NCBI GenBank assembly: GCA_900550865.1 | Contig: URTM01000014.1 | Coordinates: forward strand, 1,400-65,399 | Direction of reading: 5' to 3' | Length of the DNA stretch: 64,000 nucleotides | Origin: an uncultured Dorea sp. | Lineage (GTDB): Bacteria; Bacillota; Clostridia; Lachnospirales; Lachnospiraceae | Part shown: positions 19,898 to 30,299 of the stretch, piece after piece | How positions within the stretch are numbered: position 1 is the stretch's first letter | Layout: each line of letters opens with the position of its first letter | Position numbers and translations under genes: made by a program | Notes under the pieces: model-generated | The model's database searches: none | The model's input: the letters and a program-made list of their open reading frames with translations, nothing else | What the model was told of the DNA's origin: nothing

Positions 19898-22819
19898 CTA
19901 AAATGTTGTCACATTTTTAAACATATCTTTTGCTTCTTCTATCTTCTCTTCGCTTCCGATCACGCAGATCTGTCCGGCTTTCATCACTGCTTCTACGACA
20001 TCTGCCAGTTTTCGGATGTCTTCCTGACCTGCCTCCAGGATCTGCAGACGTTCTTTTTTGATCGTCTCTGCACTGACTTTATTCATGTACAGATTAAACG
20101 AACGGTCTCCTTTTGCAGACGGTGTCATCGGCTGGTCAATGTTACTCATGGTTCCGATAATATATTTGTTCATGTCACGGTCACTGACAGTAAAGTTTCT
20201 CAGATAATCTGCGATGCCTTCATAGACTTCCATTGTTCTTTCCAGGTTCGGATCACGGTAAGATACAAAATATCCTTCTCCGGTACGGCTGAATCCGCTC
20301 ATGCAGCCATAAGCGCCGCCTTTGACACGGATATTCTGCCACAGGTAATCATAGCTTAAGATCACCTTTAAGATCTGCAATGCACCTGTATAATCTGCCC
20401 CGTTATCAATAAAGTTGCCGACTCTTGCCACATACTGAACTTTGGAAGCAGTCTTGAATCCTTCATTCTTCATCTCACAGTGCAGTACGCATCTGGTATC
20501 TTCCACCGGATCTTCGAACATTGCTTTCTTCAGACCTTCTACCAGCTCTTCCATGCCGTTCAGGCCCTCTTTTGCAGCCGTGTAACTGATCATCATATTG
20601 TCTGCACGGAACAGCTTATGAGCCAGCATCTGAAGCTTCTGTACCAATACGTCTTTTTCTTCTTCAAAATGTTCCTCGATATAAGCGATCTTATCATAGA
20701 ACTCGATACCGCTTGTCATGTCTTTTAACTTAGATGACGGAGATGCATAAGACATCGCACGAAGCACTGCTGTTGTATGTCCGGAAGACTGGAATTTCAT
20801 AAGAAGTCTTGACTTCTGCATTGCAAGAATCTCTCTGATTCTCTTGGTATCTCCCAGTTTCGAACGTGTCAGGATCTCCTCCATCATCCGGAATACGACT
20901 GGCAGCTTCTGATATAATGCCTTTCCTTTGATTTCAAATGTTGCTTTGAATTCTTTTTCCGGCACTTTGGAAATGTCTGTATACAGTTCCAGTGATGTTC
21001 CGATACCGCCGGTATGCACGTTGATCTCATTAAAGAGTTCTCCGTACTTATAATTCTCGCTATCAATGACTCCAAGTACTCCCTGCAGGATTCCGACATA
21101 CGGAAGATCTGCTTCTTCCACACCTGACATATCGAATAACACATCCACGTATCCGATGCCATTTGTCTCAATCTCATGGTAAACTACCGGTACATCTGCG
21201 ATTCTTTTTTCTTCATTGATGATCGGCTCAATCTCTTTTGAAATATCTTCTCTTGAAAGAACCGGGATCTTCTCAAGATTTTCTACTGCATCCGGTGCTG
21301 ACTGATATGCCTCTAATGCATTGGAACGCTCTACCAGTTCTTTTCTTTCTTCTTCTGTAAGACTTTCTTTGTATGCCTGCAACTTCTCCTGAAGTTCTTT
21401 GTCCATTCTTGCAGTACGTCCTTTTTCCGGCTTGATCAGCACAATCGCACCGTGCGTATTCTCTAACAGATATTTGCGGATCAGTTCTTCATAATATCCT
21501 GTTCCGACCTGTGCCTTTAAGAACTCGAATGTATCCAGCGCTTCGATATGGATAAATGGTTTTTCGTCATCGTATAACCAGCTGTCCATAATCTGCAGTC
21601 CGTACATCAGTCCCTTCGGATAACCTCCGAAATCCGCCTCTCTGTAACGGAACTCATTATAATTGATTCCGGCTTCGAGAGCTTTCTTATCCATTCCATT
21701 TTCAACAATATCTTTTAATGTATCCTCGATTACTTTCACAAATGCTTCTTTCTGTTCTACATTCGCATTCTTCGCAATGACAGAAAAGATCGGCTGGTAA
21801 ATTCCGTTGTCATACGATCCCATAATGTCTTTTCCGATCCCGGCATCCGTAAGTGCTCTCTTAAGCGGTGCTCCCGGTGCAGATAACAATGCATAATCCA
21901 ATACTTCAAATGCCAGATACAGCTTCTCATCCAGGCTTGTTCCAATGACTTTATTGTAAGAAATGTAAGTATTATCCTCTTCTGATTCATCGCTTGCTAT
22001 GGAATATGGCATCTCTTTTTCGATTACTTTATCAAATGGTTCCTGATAGCGGATCTTGGAATCTACCGGCGCATAGTCGAATTTGCTCAGATATTCCTGA
22101 TCCAGCCAGTTTAATTTTTCTTCCATGTCCATATTTCCATACAGGTAAATGTAACTGTTTGACGGATGATAATATCTTCTGTGGAAATCCAGGAACTGCT
22201 CATACGTAAGTTCCGGAATCACTTCCGGATCCCCGCCAGATTCGTTCGCATATGAGGTATCCGGGAACAATGTATTCAATACCACTCTGTCCAGCACACC
22301 TTCCGGTGAAGAGAATGCTCCCTTCATCTCATTATATACAACACCGTTGTAAGCCAGATCATCTTCCAGAGAATCCATCTTGTAGCTCCAGCCTTCCTGA
22401 CGGAAGATCTCTTCATGCTGATAAATATTCGGATAGAATACCGCATCCATATATACATGCATCAGATTCTGGAAATCCTTATCATTACAGCTTGCTACCG
22501 GGTAAACCGTCTTATCCGGATAAGTCATTGCATTTAAAAATGTATTCAGTGAACCCTTTACCAGTTCTACGAACGGATCCTTCGCCGGGAAATTCTTAGA
22601 TCCACACAGTACGGAATGTTCCATGATATGTGGTACTCCGGTACTGTCTGACGGCGGTGTACGGAATCCGATATTGAATACCTTGTTGTCATCATCATTT
22701 TCTATCAGTAAGATCCTTGCCCCGCTCTTCTTATGCTTTAACAGCATTCCGTGGGATTTGATCCCTTTTAAATCTTCTTCTTTTACTAATTCGTAAGCAC
22801 TTAAGTCTTTTACACTCAT
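19898..22819 (-). CDS. M16C insulinase-family (presequence protease-like) zinc peptidase
   Basis: HIMEH inverted zincin motif, FLNAMTYPDKT, IRVKGGAYG. Confidence 0.92.
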   Translation of the reverse strand: MSVKDLSAYELVKEEDLKGIKSHGMLLKHKKSGARILLIENDDDNKVFNIGFRTPPSDSTGVPHIMEHSVLCGSKNFPAKDPFVELVKGSLNTFLNAMTYPDKTVYPVASCNDKDFQNLMHVYMDAVFYPNIYQHEEIFRQEGWSYKMDSLEDDLAYNGVVYNEMKGAFSSPEGVLDRVVLNTLFPDTSYANESGGDPEVIPELTYEQFLDFHRRYYHPSNSYIYLYGNMDMEEKLNWLDQEYLSKFDYAPVDSKIRYQEPFDKVIEKEMPYSIASDESEEDNTYISYNKVIGTSLDEKLYLAFEVLDYALLSAPGAPLKRALTDAGIGKDIMGSYDNGIYQPIFSVIAKNANVEQKEAFVKVIEDTLKDIVENGMDKKALEAGINYNEFRYREADFGGYPKGLMYGLQIMDSWLYDDEKPFIHIEALDTFEFLKAQVGTGYYEELIRKYLLENTHGAIVLIKPEKGRTARMDKELQEKLQAYKESLTEEERKELVERSNALEAYQSAPDAVENLEKIPVLSREDISKEIEPIINEEKRIADVPVVYHEIETNGIGYVDVLFDMSGVEEADLPYVGILQGVLGVIDSENYKYGELFNEINVHTGGIGTSLELYTDISKVPEKEFKATFEIKGKALYQKLPVVFRMMEEILTRSKLGDTKRIREILAMQKSRLLMKFQSSGHTTAVLRAMSYASPSSKLKDMTSGIEFYDKIAYIEEHFEEEKDVLVQKLQMLAHKLFRADNMMISYTAAKEGLNGMEELVEGLKKAMFEDPVEDTRCVLHCEMKNEGFKTASKVQYVARVGNFIDNGADYTGALQILKVILSYDYLWQNIRVKGGAYGCMSGFSRTGEGYFVSYRDPNLERTMEVYEGIADYLRNFTVSDRDMNKYIIGTMSNIDQPMTPSAKGDRSFNLYMNKVSAETIKKERLQILEAGQEDIRKLADVVEAVMKAGQICVIGSEEKIEEAKDMFKNVTTF

Positions 22820-23054
22820 GAATTTCTATGTTCTCCTTTCGTCTGCAATCTTCCATTTCCCCAAAGCAGAAGATTCTTCTGCCCCGCAATATATCTACTG
22901 GAATAATTGCCACTCATGCAAGATATTATAACACCTTTCTTATTATTCTGCACCTATCAAAAAAAGACTCCAAAGCAACTTTTGCGCCACATACTTTTAT
23001 GCAAGGCAAAGAGTCTTTGAAGTCTCTGCTAATTTTAATTTTTTAACAAATCAT

Positions 23055-24668
23055 TTATGAATAGCTTTCTGTTCTCTTCTTCATGAGCAGTAAAGCTGCT
23101 ACCAGAAGTACCATACCGATTGGAAGACAGATCAATGCATTCTGAACAAATCCGGCAATTACATAAGTAATGCAGGAAACAACTGCAACGGTTGCCGCAT
23201 ACGGTAACTGTGTCGTTACATGGTTGACATGATTACACTGCGCTCCCGCGGATGCCATGATCGTTGTATCCGAAATAGGTGAACAATGATCTCCACATAC
23301 AGCTCCGGCCATACAAGCTGAGATAGAGATGATCATCATAGTCTCGTTCGTTCCCTGGAATACCGCTACTACGATCGGGATCAGGATTCCGAATGTTCCC
23401 CATGATGTTCCAGTTGCAAATGCAAGGAAGCATCCTACGAGGAAGATAATTGCAGGCAGGAAGTTTAATAATCCTCCAGCTGCGGACTGCATAACATTAG
23501 CCACATACTCTGCTGCGCCAAGACTGTCTGTCATTGCTTTTAATGTCCATGCAAATGTCAGGATCAGGATTGCAGGTACCATAGCCTTGAATCCTTCCGG
23601 AACACATTCCATAGATTCACGGAACTTAAGTACTTTTCTAAGTGCATAAAATACAACCGTAACAACCAATGCGAAGAAACTTCCAAGCATCAGACCTACC
23701 GATGCATCACTTGCCGAAAATGCTTTAACAAAGCCTGTTCCACTAAAGAAGCCTCCTGTATAAAGCATACCGCAGATGCAGAAAATGATCAGGACCACTA
23801 TCGGGAATACCAGATCGATCACTTTTCCCTTTTCTTCTACGATCTCATTCTCAGCATTTGCATATGGCCTGTCCGGTGTAGTATAGATATCACCCTTTAC
23901 AGCATTATCTTCATGTAATTTCATCGGGCCATAATCAATCTTAAGCACTACGATCAAAACCATTGCAAGAATTGTAAGTAAAGCATAATAGTTATACGGA
24001 ATCGCACGCATAAAAATAGAAAATCCATCTTCACCTTTTACAAATCCTGTTACAGCCGCTGCCCATGATGAGATTGGAGCGATGATACATACCGGTGCCG
24101 CTGTCGCATCGATCAGATACGCCAGTTTCGCACGTGATACATTGTGCTTATCTGTGATCGGACGCATAACACTTCCAACTGTCAGGCAGTTAAAATAATC
24201 ATCAATAAAGATCAGGATTCCAAGCACGATCGTTGCAAGCTGTGCCCCAACTCTTGTCTTGATGTGAATACTAGCCCAACGCCCAAATGCTGCCGAACCT
24301 CCTGCATTATTCATCATGCAGACCATAATTCCAAGAATAACCAGGAATACCAGGATTCCCATATTATAGCTATCTGTCAGTACTCCTACGATTCCATCTT
24401 CAAATATATGCAATACTGCCTTTTCAAAATGGAAATTAGACCAGAAGATTCCTCCGATCGCAATTCCGACAAACAGGGAACTATACACTTCTTTCGTGAT
24501 CAGTGCAAGACCAATTGCCACAATTGGGGGTACCAGTGCCCAGAATGATGAATACATCTTTGGTACATACTCTTTTCCTCCATCTGCCGCAAATACGGTA
24601 ATTGCACCGCATGCAAAGATCATGAGGCAGGTGAGTACGGCAAAGAGTAATTTTTTTCTTTTTCTCAT
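23055..24668 (-). CDS. NhaC-family transporter, probable lysine transporter (LysW-like)
   Basis: FIDDYFNCL, ATGTSWGTF, GDHCSPISDTT; lysine riboswitch upstream. Start moved to ATG 24668. Confidence 0.85.
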   Translation of the reverse strand: MRKRKKLLFAVLTCLMIFACGAITVFAADGGKEYVPKMYSSFWALVPPIVAIGLALITKEVYSSLFVGIAIGGIFWSNFHFEKAVLHIFEDGIVGVLTDSYNMGILVFLVILGIMVCMMNNAGGSAAFGRWASIHIKTRVGAQLATIVLGILIFIDDYFNCLTVGSVMRPITDKHNVSRAKLAYLIDATAAPVCIIAPISSWAAAVTGFVKGEDGFSIFMRAIPYNYYALLTILAMVLIVVLKIDYGPMKLHEDNAVKGDIYTTPDRPYANAENEIVEEKGKVIDLVFPIVVLIIFCICGMLYTGGFFSGTGFVKAFSASDASVGLMLGSFFALVVTVVFYALRKVLKFRESMECVPEGFKAMVPAILILTFAWTLKAMTDSLGAAEYVANVMQSAAGGLLNFLPAIIFLVGCFLAFATGTSWGTFGILIPIVVAVFQGTNETMMIISISACMAGAVCGDHCSPISDTTIMASAGAQCNHVNHVTTQLPYAATVAVVSCITYVIAGFVQNALICLPIGMVLLVAALLLMKKRTESYS

Positions 24669-24693
24669 AACTCTCTCTCCTTCGTTTTGTTCC

Positions 24694-24741
24694 AAAAAAA
24701 TACCATGAACAATTTCCTCTGCGTGGATTGCTCATGGCATA
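24694..24741 (-). terminator. Leader terminator of the lysine riboswitch
   Basis: ATGCCATGAGCAAT...ATTGTTCATGGTAT followed by a T run just before the RBS. Confidence 0.75.
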
Positions 24742-24858
24742 TATCATCTTATAAGCAGGACATCCGTATTTTCATATCATTCAACACTTCATTTATGTCC
24801 TCTATATAACTCTAAATACAAATTACATAATTAAACTCTTATATCTTCTATATACTCC

Positions 24859-25038
24859 GATAGCGCTCCACTTACTGAAGTGACAGTCCGCAGCATATTC
24901 TGCTGCGTCCCAGGAAGTATATCTCGAATATAACTCTTAAGGGATGATATCTTCCTTCGGCAGTTTTCCCTTTCAGGCAGAAATGATTTCCCTTTATCTG
25001 TTGTTCTGTCTTACTGATGAAACCTGCGCCTCTATCTA
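24859..25038 (-). ncRNA. Lysine riboswitch (L-box)
   Basis: GATAGAGGCGC...AGTA...GAAAGGG...GCCGAA...CTGGG...GAATA...ACTGTC...GGAGCGCTATC in canonical order. Confidence 0.92.
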
Positions 25039-25188
25039 GTCTCATTATTCATATAATAATATTTTTATCATCTTTGATCTATTTTGTCAATACAATATGG
25101 CAAATGCATGGCAACGCAAAACTCCCACAGATTCTTACGAATCTGCGGGAGTCATGATTTATACTATTCTATTGCTAATCAGATATGA

Positions 25189-28100
25189 TTACTCCTCTAC
25201 TTTGTAAAGGTCTGTCAGTTTTGACAGGTAATCGTATCTTTCCATAGCCTCTGCCTCATTCTTAGCGAAGAGTCTTGCAGCCTTTTCCGGATTAGCTCTC
25301 TTAAGAGCGTTGTAACGAACTTCTCCGTCAAGGAATGCCTGATAATCTTCTTCCTTAGGCTGTTTGCTGTCAAGAGTGAATTTGCTTCCCTTTTCAGCTG
25401 CAGGATTGAATCTGAAGTTGTTCCAGTATCCGCATTCTACTGCTAACTGTTCCTCTGTCTGAGCTTTGCTCATACCCTTCTTGATACCATGGTTGATACA
25501 TGGAGCATAAGCGATGATCAGTGATGGTCCCGGATAAGCCTCAGCCTCAGCGATTGCCTTAACTGTCTGGTTGAAGTCAGCCCCCATAGCGATCTGAGCT
25601 ACGTATACGTATCCGTATGTCATAGCCATTCCTGCAAGGTCTTTCTTCTTAGTCTCTTTTCCGCCTGCTGCGAACTGAGCTGTAGCACCAGTCTTAGTAG
25701 CCTTAGAAGACTGTCCACCTGTGTTAGAGTAAACCTCTGTATCGAATACCATGATGTTAATGTCTTCACCACTTGCTAATACGTGGTCAACTCCACCGAA
25801 TCCGATATCGTAAGCCCATCCGTCACCACCGAAGATCCACTGAGATTTCTTAGCGAGGAAGTCTTTGTTCTTAACGATGTCTTTGCATGTATCGCAGTCA
25901 CATCCGTCTAATGCTGCAACTAATTTGTCTGTAGCATCTCCGTTTGTAACACCACATGTGAATGTATCGAGGTATTCCTGGCAAGCTGCCTTAACCTCTG
26001 CTGAAGCCTGCTCTGCTGCTGCAACAGTTTCAACTTCTTCTTTCAGTCTCTTTCTGATTGCTTTCTGAGCAAGTAACATACCATATCCAAACTCTGCGTT
26101 GTCTTCGAACAGTGAGTTAGACCATGCAGGTCCCTGTCCCTTAGAGTTCATTGTGTATGGTGTAGACGGTGAAGAGTTACCCCAGATTGAAGAACATCCT
26201 GTTGCATTAGCGATGTACATTCTGTCACCAAATAACTGTGTGATCAGTTTTGCATAAGGTGTTTCTCCACAACCTGCACAAGCTCCTGAGAACTCAAGTA
26301 ATGGCTGTTTGAACTGGCTTCCCTTAACTGTCTCTGGTTTGAATTTAGCAACAACTTCTGGTTTAACCTCGATCTCACGTCCGAAATCAAAGATATCCTG
26401 CTCTGCTGCATTTTCTTCCATGTTTGCCATAACAAGAGCTTTTTCACCCTTCTTACCTGGACATACATTTACACAAGATCCACATCCTGTACAGTCATAT
26501 GCTGATACAGTCATAGTGAATTTCATTCCCGGCATACCGATCATATCGATAGCTTTTGTTCCTTCCGGAGCTTTTGCAAGCTCGTCCTCTGTAAGTGCTA
26601 CCGGACGGATAACTGCATGTGGGCAAACGTATGCACAACGGTTACACTGGATACAGTTTTCTGACTGCCATACAGGGATATCTACTGCGATACCACGTTT
26701 CTCATATGCTGCACTACCTGATGGTGTAGATCCATCTGCATAGTCAGTAAATGTAGATACTGGCAGAGTATTTCCTTCCTGAGCATTAACCTTAGACTGG
26801 ATGTTCTTAACGAATGCTACAACATCGTCTTTTCCACCCTTAACTTCTGGTGTGAATAATCCTTCGTCTTCACAAGATTTCCAAGATTCCGGAACTTCGA
26901 TCTCAACTACCTGTTTAGCACCGGCATCGATAGCATCGTAGTTCATCTGTACGATCTTGTCACCTTTTCTTCCGTAAGTAGCTTTTGCAGCTTTCTTCAT
27001 CAGATCGATTGCTTCTTCTTCCGGAATGATAGATGCCAGTTTGAAGAATGCTGACTGAAGGACTGTATTGATACGTCCGCCAAGTCCGATCTCTTTACCG
27101 ATCTTAATACCATCAATTGTGTAGAACTTGATGTTGTGATCAGCGATGAATGCTTTTACCTGTCCCGGTAAATGTTTTTCAAGACCTTCCATGTCCCAAG
27201 AGCAGTTCAGAAGGAATGTTCCTCCGTCAACTAATTCCTGAACCATGTTGTATTTGTTTACATAAGATGGGTTGTGACATGCTACAAAGTTAGCCTTGTG
27301 GATCAGGTAAGTAGATTTGATTGGCTTCTTACCGAAACGCAGGTGAGACATTGTAACACCACCAGACTTCTTAGAGTCATAGTCGAAGTAAGCCTGTGCA
27401 TACATGTCAGTATTGTCACCGATGATCTTGATAGAGTTCTTGTTAGCTCCTACAGTACCGTCAGCTCCAAGTCCCCAGAACTTACAGTTGATTGTTCCTT
27501 CTGGTGTTGTAACCAGTGGTGCACCAACTTCAAGTGAAAGATTTGTAACATCATCGTTGATACCGATTGTGAATCTTTCTTTGTCTGCGTTGTTGAATAC
27601 TGCAACGATCTGTGCAGGTGTTGTATCTTTTGATCCTAATCCGTAACGTCCGCCGTTAACCGGTACTGCGTCGAACTTAGATCCCTTTAATGCAGAAACA
27701 ACGTCCAGGAATAATGGCTCTCCCTGAGCTCCTGGTTCTTTTGTTCTGTCAAGTACATTGATGTATTTTACTGTGTCAGGAATTGCATCAATTAATGCCT
27801 GTGCACAGAATGGTCTGTAAAGACGAACCTTAACAACACCAACTTTTTCCCCAGCTGCTGTTAAGTAATCGATTGTCTCTTCGATTGTGTCACATACAGA
27901 ACCCATAGCAATGATAACTTTCTCTGCGTCTGCTGCTCCGTAGTAGTTGAAGAGTTTGTAATCTGTTCCGATCTTCTCGTTAACTTTGTCCATGTACTCC
28001 TGTACGATAGCCGGCATAGCGTCGTAGTATGGGTTACATGCTTCTCTTGCCTGGAAGAAGATATCCGGGTTCTGAGCTGAACCTCTCTGGCATGGGTGAT

Positions 28101-28731
28101 TTGGATTCAGTGCATGATTTCTGAATGCATCGATTGCGTCCATATCTACCAGATCTTTCAGATCTTCGTAATCCCATGTCTCAATCTTCTGGATCTCGTG
28201 TGATGTACGGAATCCATCGAAGAAGTTGATGAATGGAAGTTTTCCTTTTAATGCTGCGCAGTGTGCAACCGGTGTTAAGTCCATAACTTCCTGTACACTG
28301 GACTCACAAAGCATTGCTGCACCAGTCTGACGACAGGCGTAAACATCAGAGTGATCTCCGAAGATATTCAGTGCGTGGCTTGCAAGCGCACGAGCGGATA
28401 CGTTAAATACTCCAGGAAGCTGTTCTCCTGCTACTTTATATAAGTTAGGAATCATTAACAGAAGTCCCTGTGATGCTGTAAATGTTGTTGTCAGAGCACC
28501 AGCGGAAAGAGATCCGTGTACTGCACCTGCAGCACCAGCTTCTGACTGCATCTCTGTTACCTGAACAGTCTGTCCAAATATGTTCTTTCTTCCTTCTGTA
28601 GCCCATTCATCTACATGTTCCGGCATAACTGATGATGGTGTAATAGGGTAAATTGCTGCAACTTCTGTATATGCATATGACGCATGAGCTGCGGCCTGGT
28701 TACCATCCATGGTCTTCATTTTTCTTGCCAT
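25189..28731 (-). CDS. nifJ: Pyruvate:ferredoxin (flavodoxin) oxidoreductase
   Basis: YPITPS, two CxxCxxCxxxCP motifs, GACAGCGE, GGDGW. Start moved to MARKMK at 28731. Confidence 0.97.
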   Translation of the reverse strand: MARKMKTMDGNQAAAHASYAYTEVAAIYPITPSSVMPEHVDEWATEGRKNIFGQTVQVTEMQSEAGAAGAVHGSLSAGALTTTFTASQGLLLMIPNLYKVAGEQLPGVFNVSARALASHALNIFGDHSDVYACRQTGAAMLCESSVQEVMDLTPVAHCAALKGKLPFINFFDGFRTSHEIQKIETWDYEDLKDLVDMDAIDAFRNHALNPNHPCQRGSAQNPDIFFQAREACNPYYDAMPAIVQEYMDKVNEKIGTDYKLFNYYGAADAEKVIIAMGSVCDTIEETIDYLTAAGEKVGVVKVRLYRPFCAQALIDAIPDTVKYINVLDRTKEPGAQGEPLFLDVVSALKGSKFDAVPVNGGRYGLGSKDTTPAQIVAVFNNADKERFTIGINDDVTNLSLEVGAPLVTTPEGTINCKFWGLGADGTVGANKNSIKIIGDNTDMYAQAYFDYDSKKSGGVTMSHLRFGKKPIKSTYLIHKANFVACHNPSYVNKYNMVQELVDGGTFLLNCSWDMEGLEKHLPGQVKAFIADHNIKFYTIDGIKIGKEIGLGGRINTVLQSAFFKLASIIPEEEAIDLMKKAAKATYGRKGDKIVQMNYDAIDAGAKQVVEIEVPESWKSCEDEGLFTPEVKGGKDDVVAFVKNIQSKVNAQEGNTLPVSTFTDYADGSTPSGSAAYEKRGIAVDIPVWQSENCIQCNRCAYVCPHAVIRPVALTEDELAKAPEGTKAIDMIGMPGMKFTMTVSAYDCTGCGSCVNVCPGKKGEKALVMANMEENAAEQDIFDFGREIEVKPEVVAKFKPETVKGSQFKQPLLEFSGACAGCGETPYAKLITQLFGDRMYIANATGCSSIWGNSSPSTPYTMNSKGQGPAWSNSLFEDNAEFGYGMLLAQKAIRKRLKEEVETVAAAEQASAEVKAACQEYLDTFTCGVTNGDATDKLVAALDGCDCDTCKDIVKNKDFLAKKSQWIFGGDGWAYDIGFGGVDHVLASGEDINIMVFDTEVYSNTGGQSSKATKTGATAQFAAGGKETKKKDLAGMAMTYGYVYVAQIAMGADFNQTVKAIAEAEAYPGPSLIIAYAPCINHGIKKGMSKAQTEEQLAVECGYWNNFRFNPAAEKGSKFTLDSKQPKEEDYQAFLDGEVRYNALKRANPEKAARLFAKNEAEAMERYDYLSKLTDLYKVEE

Positions 28732-28906
28732 TTTTGTCGTTCCTCCTTGATAATAGTACAAATCATATATTGACGTGTATGATTTTATTATATCTCCTGT
28801 CTCATCAAAAGTCTAGCGATTCCGACTGTTATTTTGTTCATTTTTTGGTACAAATACAGATTCCTGTATCATTTTGTCGGCATATTTACCCATAAAATCA
28901 AGATAG

Positions 28907-29194
28907 AATTGGGATTTCATTCGTAAGGCATTTGATATCCACGGAATAAAAAGTAGGAAGCCGTTCCAGTGAATGTGAAGAAGGTGTTGGAAATAGTTAA
29001 GCGTCAAAATTATGCGTTGGGTTTTCGAAATTTGCCTGTTTGAGCCGAATGGCGAGTTGCAAATTTCGGAAGTCCGTTTTTAGCATAATTTTGACGCTTT
29101 AGTATTTCCCACCGACGGAAACTGAACAGGAACGGCTTCCTAATTTTTTATGCAGGCCCGGGTATCCAACGCCTTCCTGAATTAAATCCCAATT
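28907..29194. repeat. 288-bp imperfect palindrome (MITE-like element or rod-shaped ncRNA)
   Basis: Nested complementary blocks along both arms; ends AATTGGGATTT / AAATCCCAATT. Confidence 0.8.
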
Positions 29195-30134
29195 ACCCTA
29201 AATACACAACCTTATCTTCCGGTTCTACGGCCGGTTCCATATCGATCAGATACAATACCGGCTGTTTGTTTCCGAAGGAACTTACAGCCTCGTACTCAAA
29301 TCTTGCACGGATCTGCATCCAGGATTTTGTCTTTACATCGATCTTCTTTTCTGCCTTACATGGATATCCGTAGTAACGTACATCGTCTGCACAGCAGGTC
29401 ATGATCTCTCTGACTGGAACAAACATGTTATCCGGCATTCCCTTTGGACGGAAGATCTGTCCTTTGAAATCAATCTCTTTATGCAGATATAATTCCGGAT
29501 GATCATATGCGTCTACATACCACACTCCAAAGTCAACATCATCCAGGACGATCTTGTCCCCTTTTACATCGTATGGGAGATCTTCTTCGGACGGCTCAAT
29601 GATCTTGCCCTGCATATCTTCAAACAAAAGCTGAGCCATCGGGTTCTGTACTTTCAGTGCACGTCTGAATCCGGATCTGTTGACACCGTCTGCACATCTG
29701 TTAACGACAATCAATTCCGACTCTGTGAGCTGCTCCATCAGCATATTTCTCATATTCATCAGATACATATCAAGGGTTGTACCATTCACAGTAGAATATA
29801 CGCCCTGAAGCTCGAAGCTCCTTGGATATCTGATAGAAAGCAGATCTTCCAGCTTCCACATTCCATTGTATTCAATAATAATCTGTGCCGGATGATAATT
29901 TCTTTCACAGTTTTTGAAAAATACAGTGTTCAGCTGATCGAATTCTTCGATTTTCAGAACTGCCATATTCTTCTCTTTTAAATATTCTTCCGGATACTCT
30001 TCTTCTCCTTCTTCACAGAGAAGCAACAGTGTAAGTCCCGGTTCGATCCATTCCTGTTCCATCAGGGTATCTTTGATCATGGTTGTCTTACCGCTGTCTA
30101 AAAATCCGGTAACAATAAACATAGGTGTTGCCAT
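29193..30134 (-). CDS. CobW-like GTPase domain fused to a C-terminal TCC-motif (DUF1980/TIGR03943-like) domain
   Basis: GFLDSGKTT, IIIEYNG, MTCCADD. Confidence 0.7.
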   Translation of the reverse strand: MATPMFIVTGFLDSGKTTMIKDTLMEQEWIEPGLTLLLLCEEGEEEYPEEYLKEKNMAVLKIEEFDQLNTVFFKNCERNYHPAQIIIEYNGMWKLEDLLSIRYPRSFELQGVYSTVNGTTLDMYLMNMRNMLMEQLTESELIVVNRCADGVNRSGFRRALKVQNPMAQLLFEDMQGKIIEPSEEDLPYDVKGDKIVLDDVDFGVWYVDAYDHPELYLHKEIDFKGQIFRPKGMPDNMFVPVREIMTCCADDVRYYGYPCKAEKKIDVKTKSWMQIRARFEYEAVSSFGNKQPVLYLIDMEPAVEPEDKVVYLG

Positions 30135-30299
30135 ACTCGCACCTCTTTCCTTTTATCTGTTTTCTATAATCTTTTAATTTACTTTTTTATCATGATTTTT
30201 GGCTCCATAATAATTATGGAGCCAAGCATAAATCGTTATCTACATCCGCCGGCAGCTCTTCTTGCATACTTTCGTATGAAGGCTGCCACAGCTGCTGTC

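Noticed and set aside
28813..29194. The long palindrome as a coding region, 6S RNA or hammerhead ribozyme
   Set aside because: The 64-aa ORF has a TTG start and no recognisable family. The element is much longer than 6S and more self-complementary. The apex CTGTTTGA lacks the CUGAUGA/GAAA hammerhead core.
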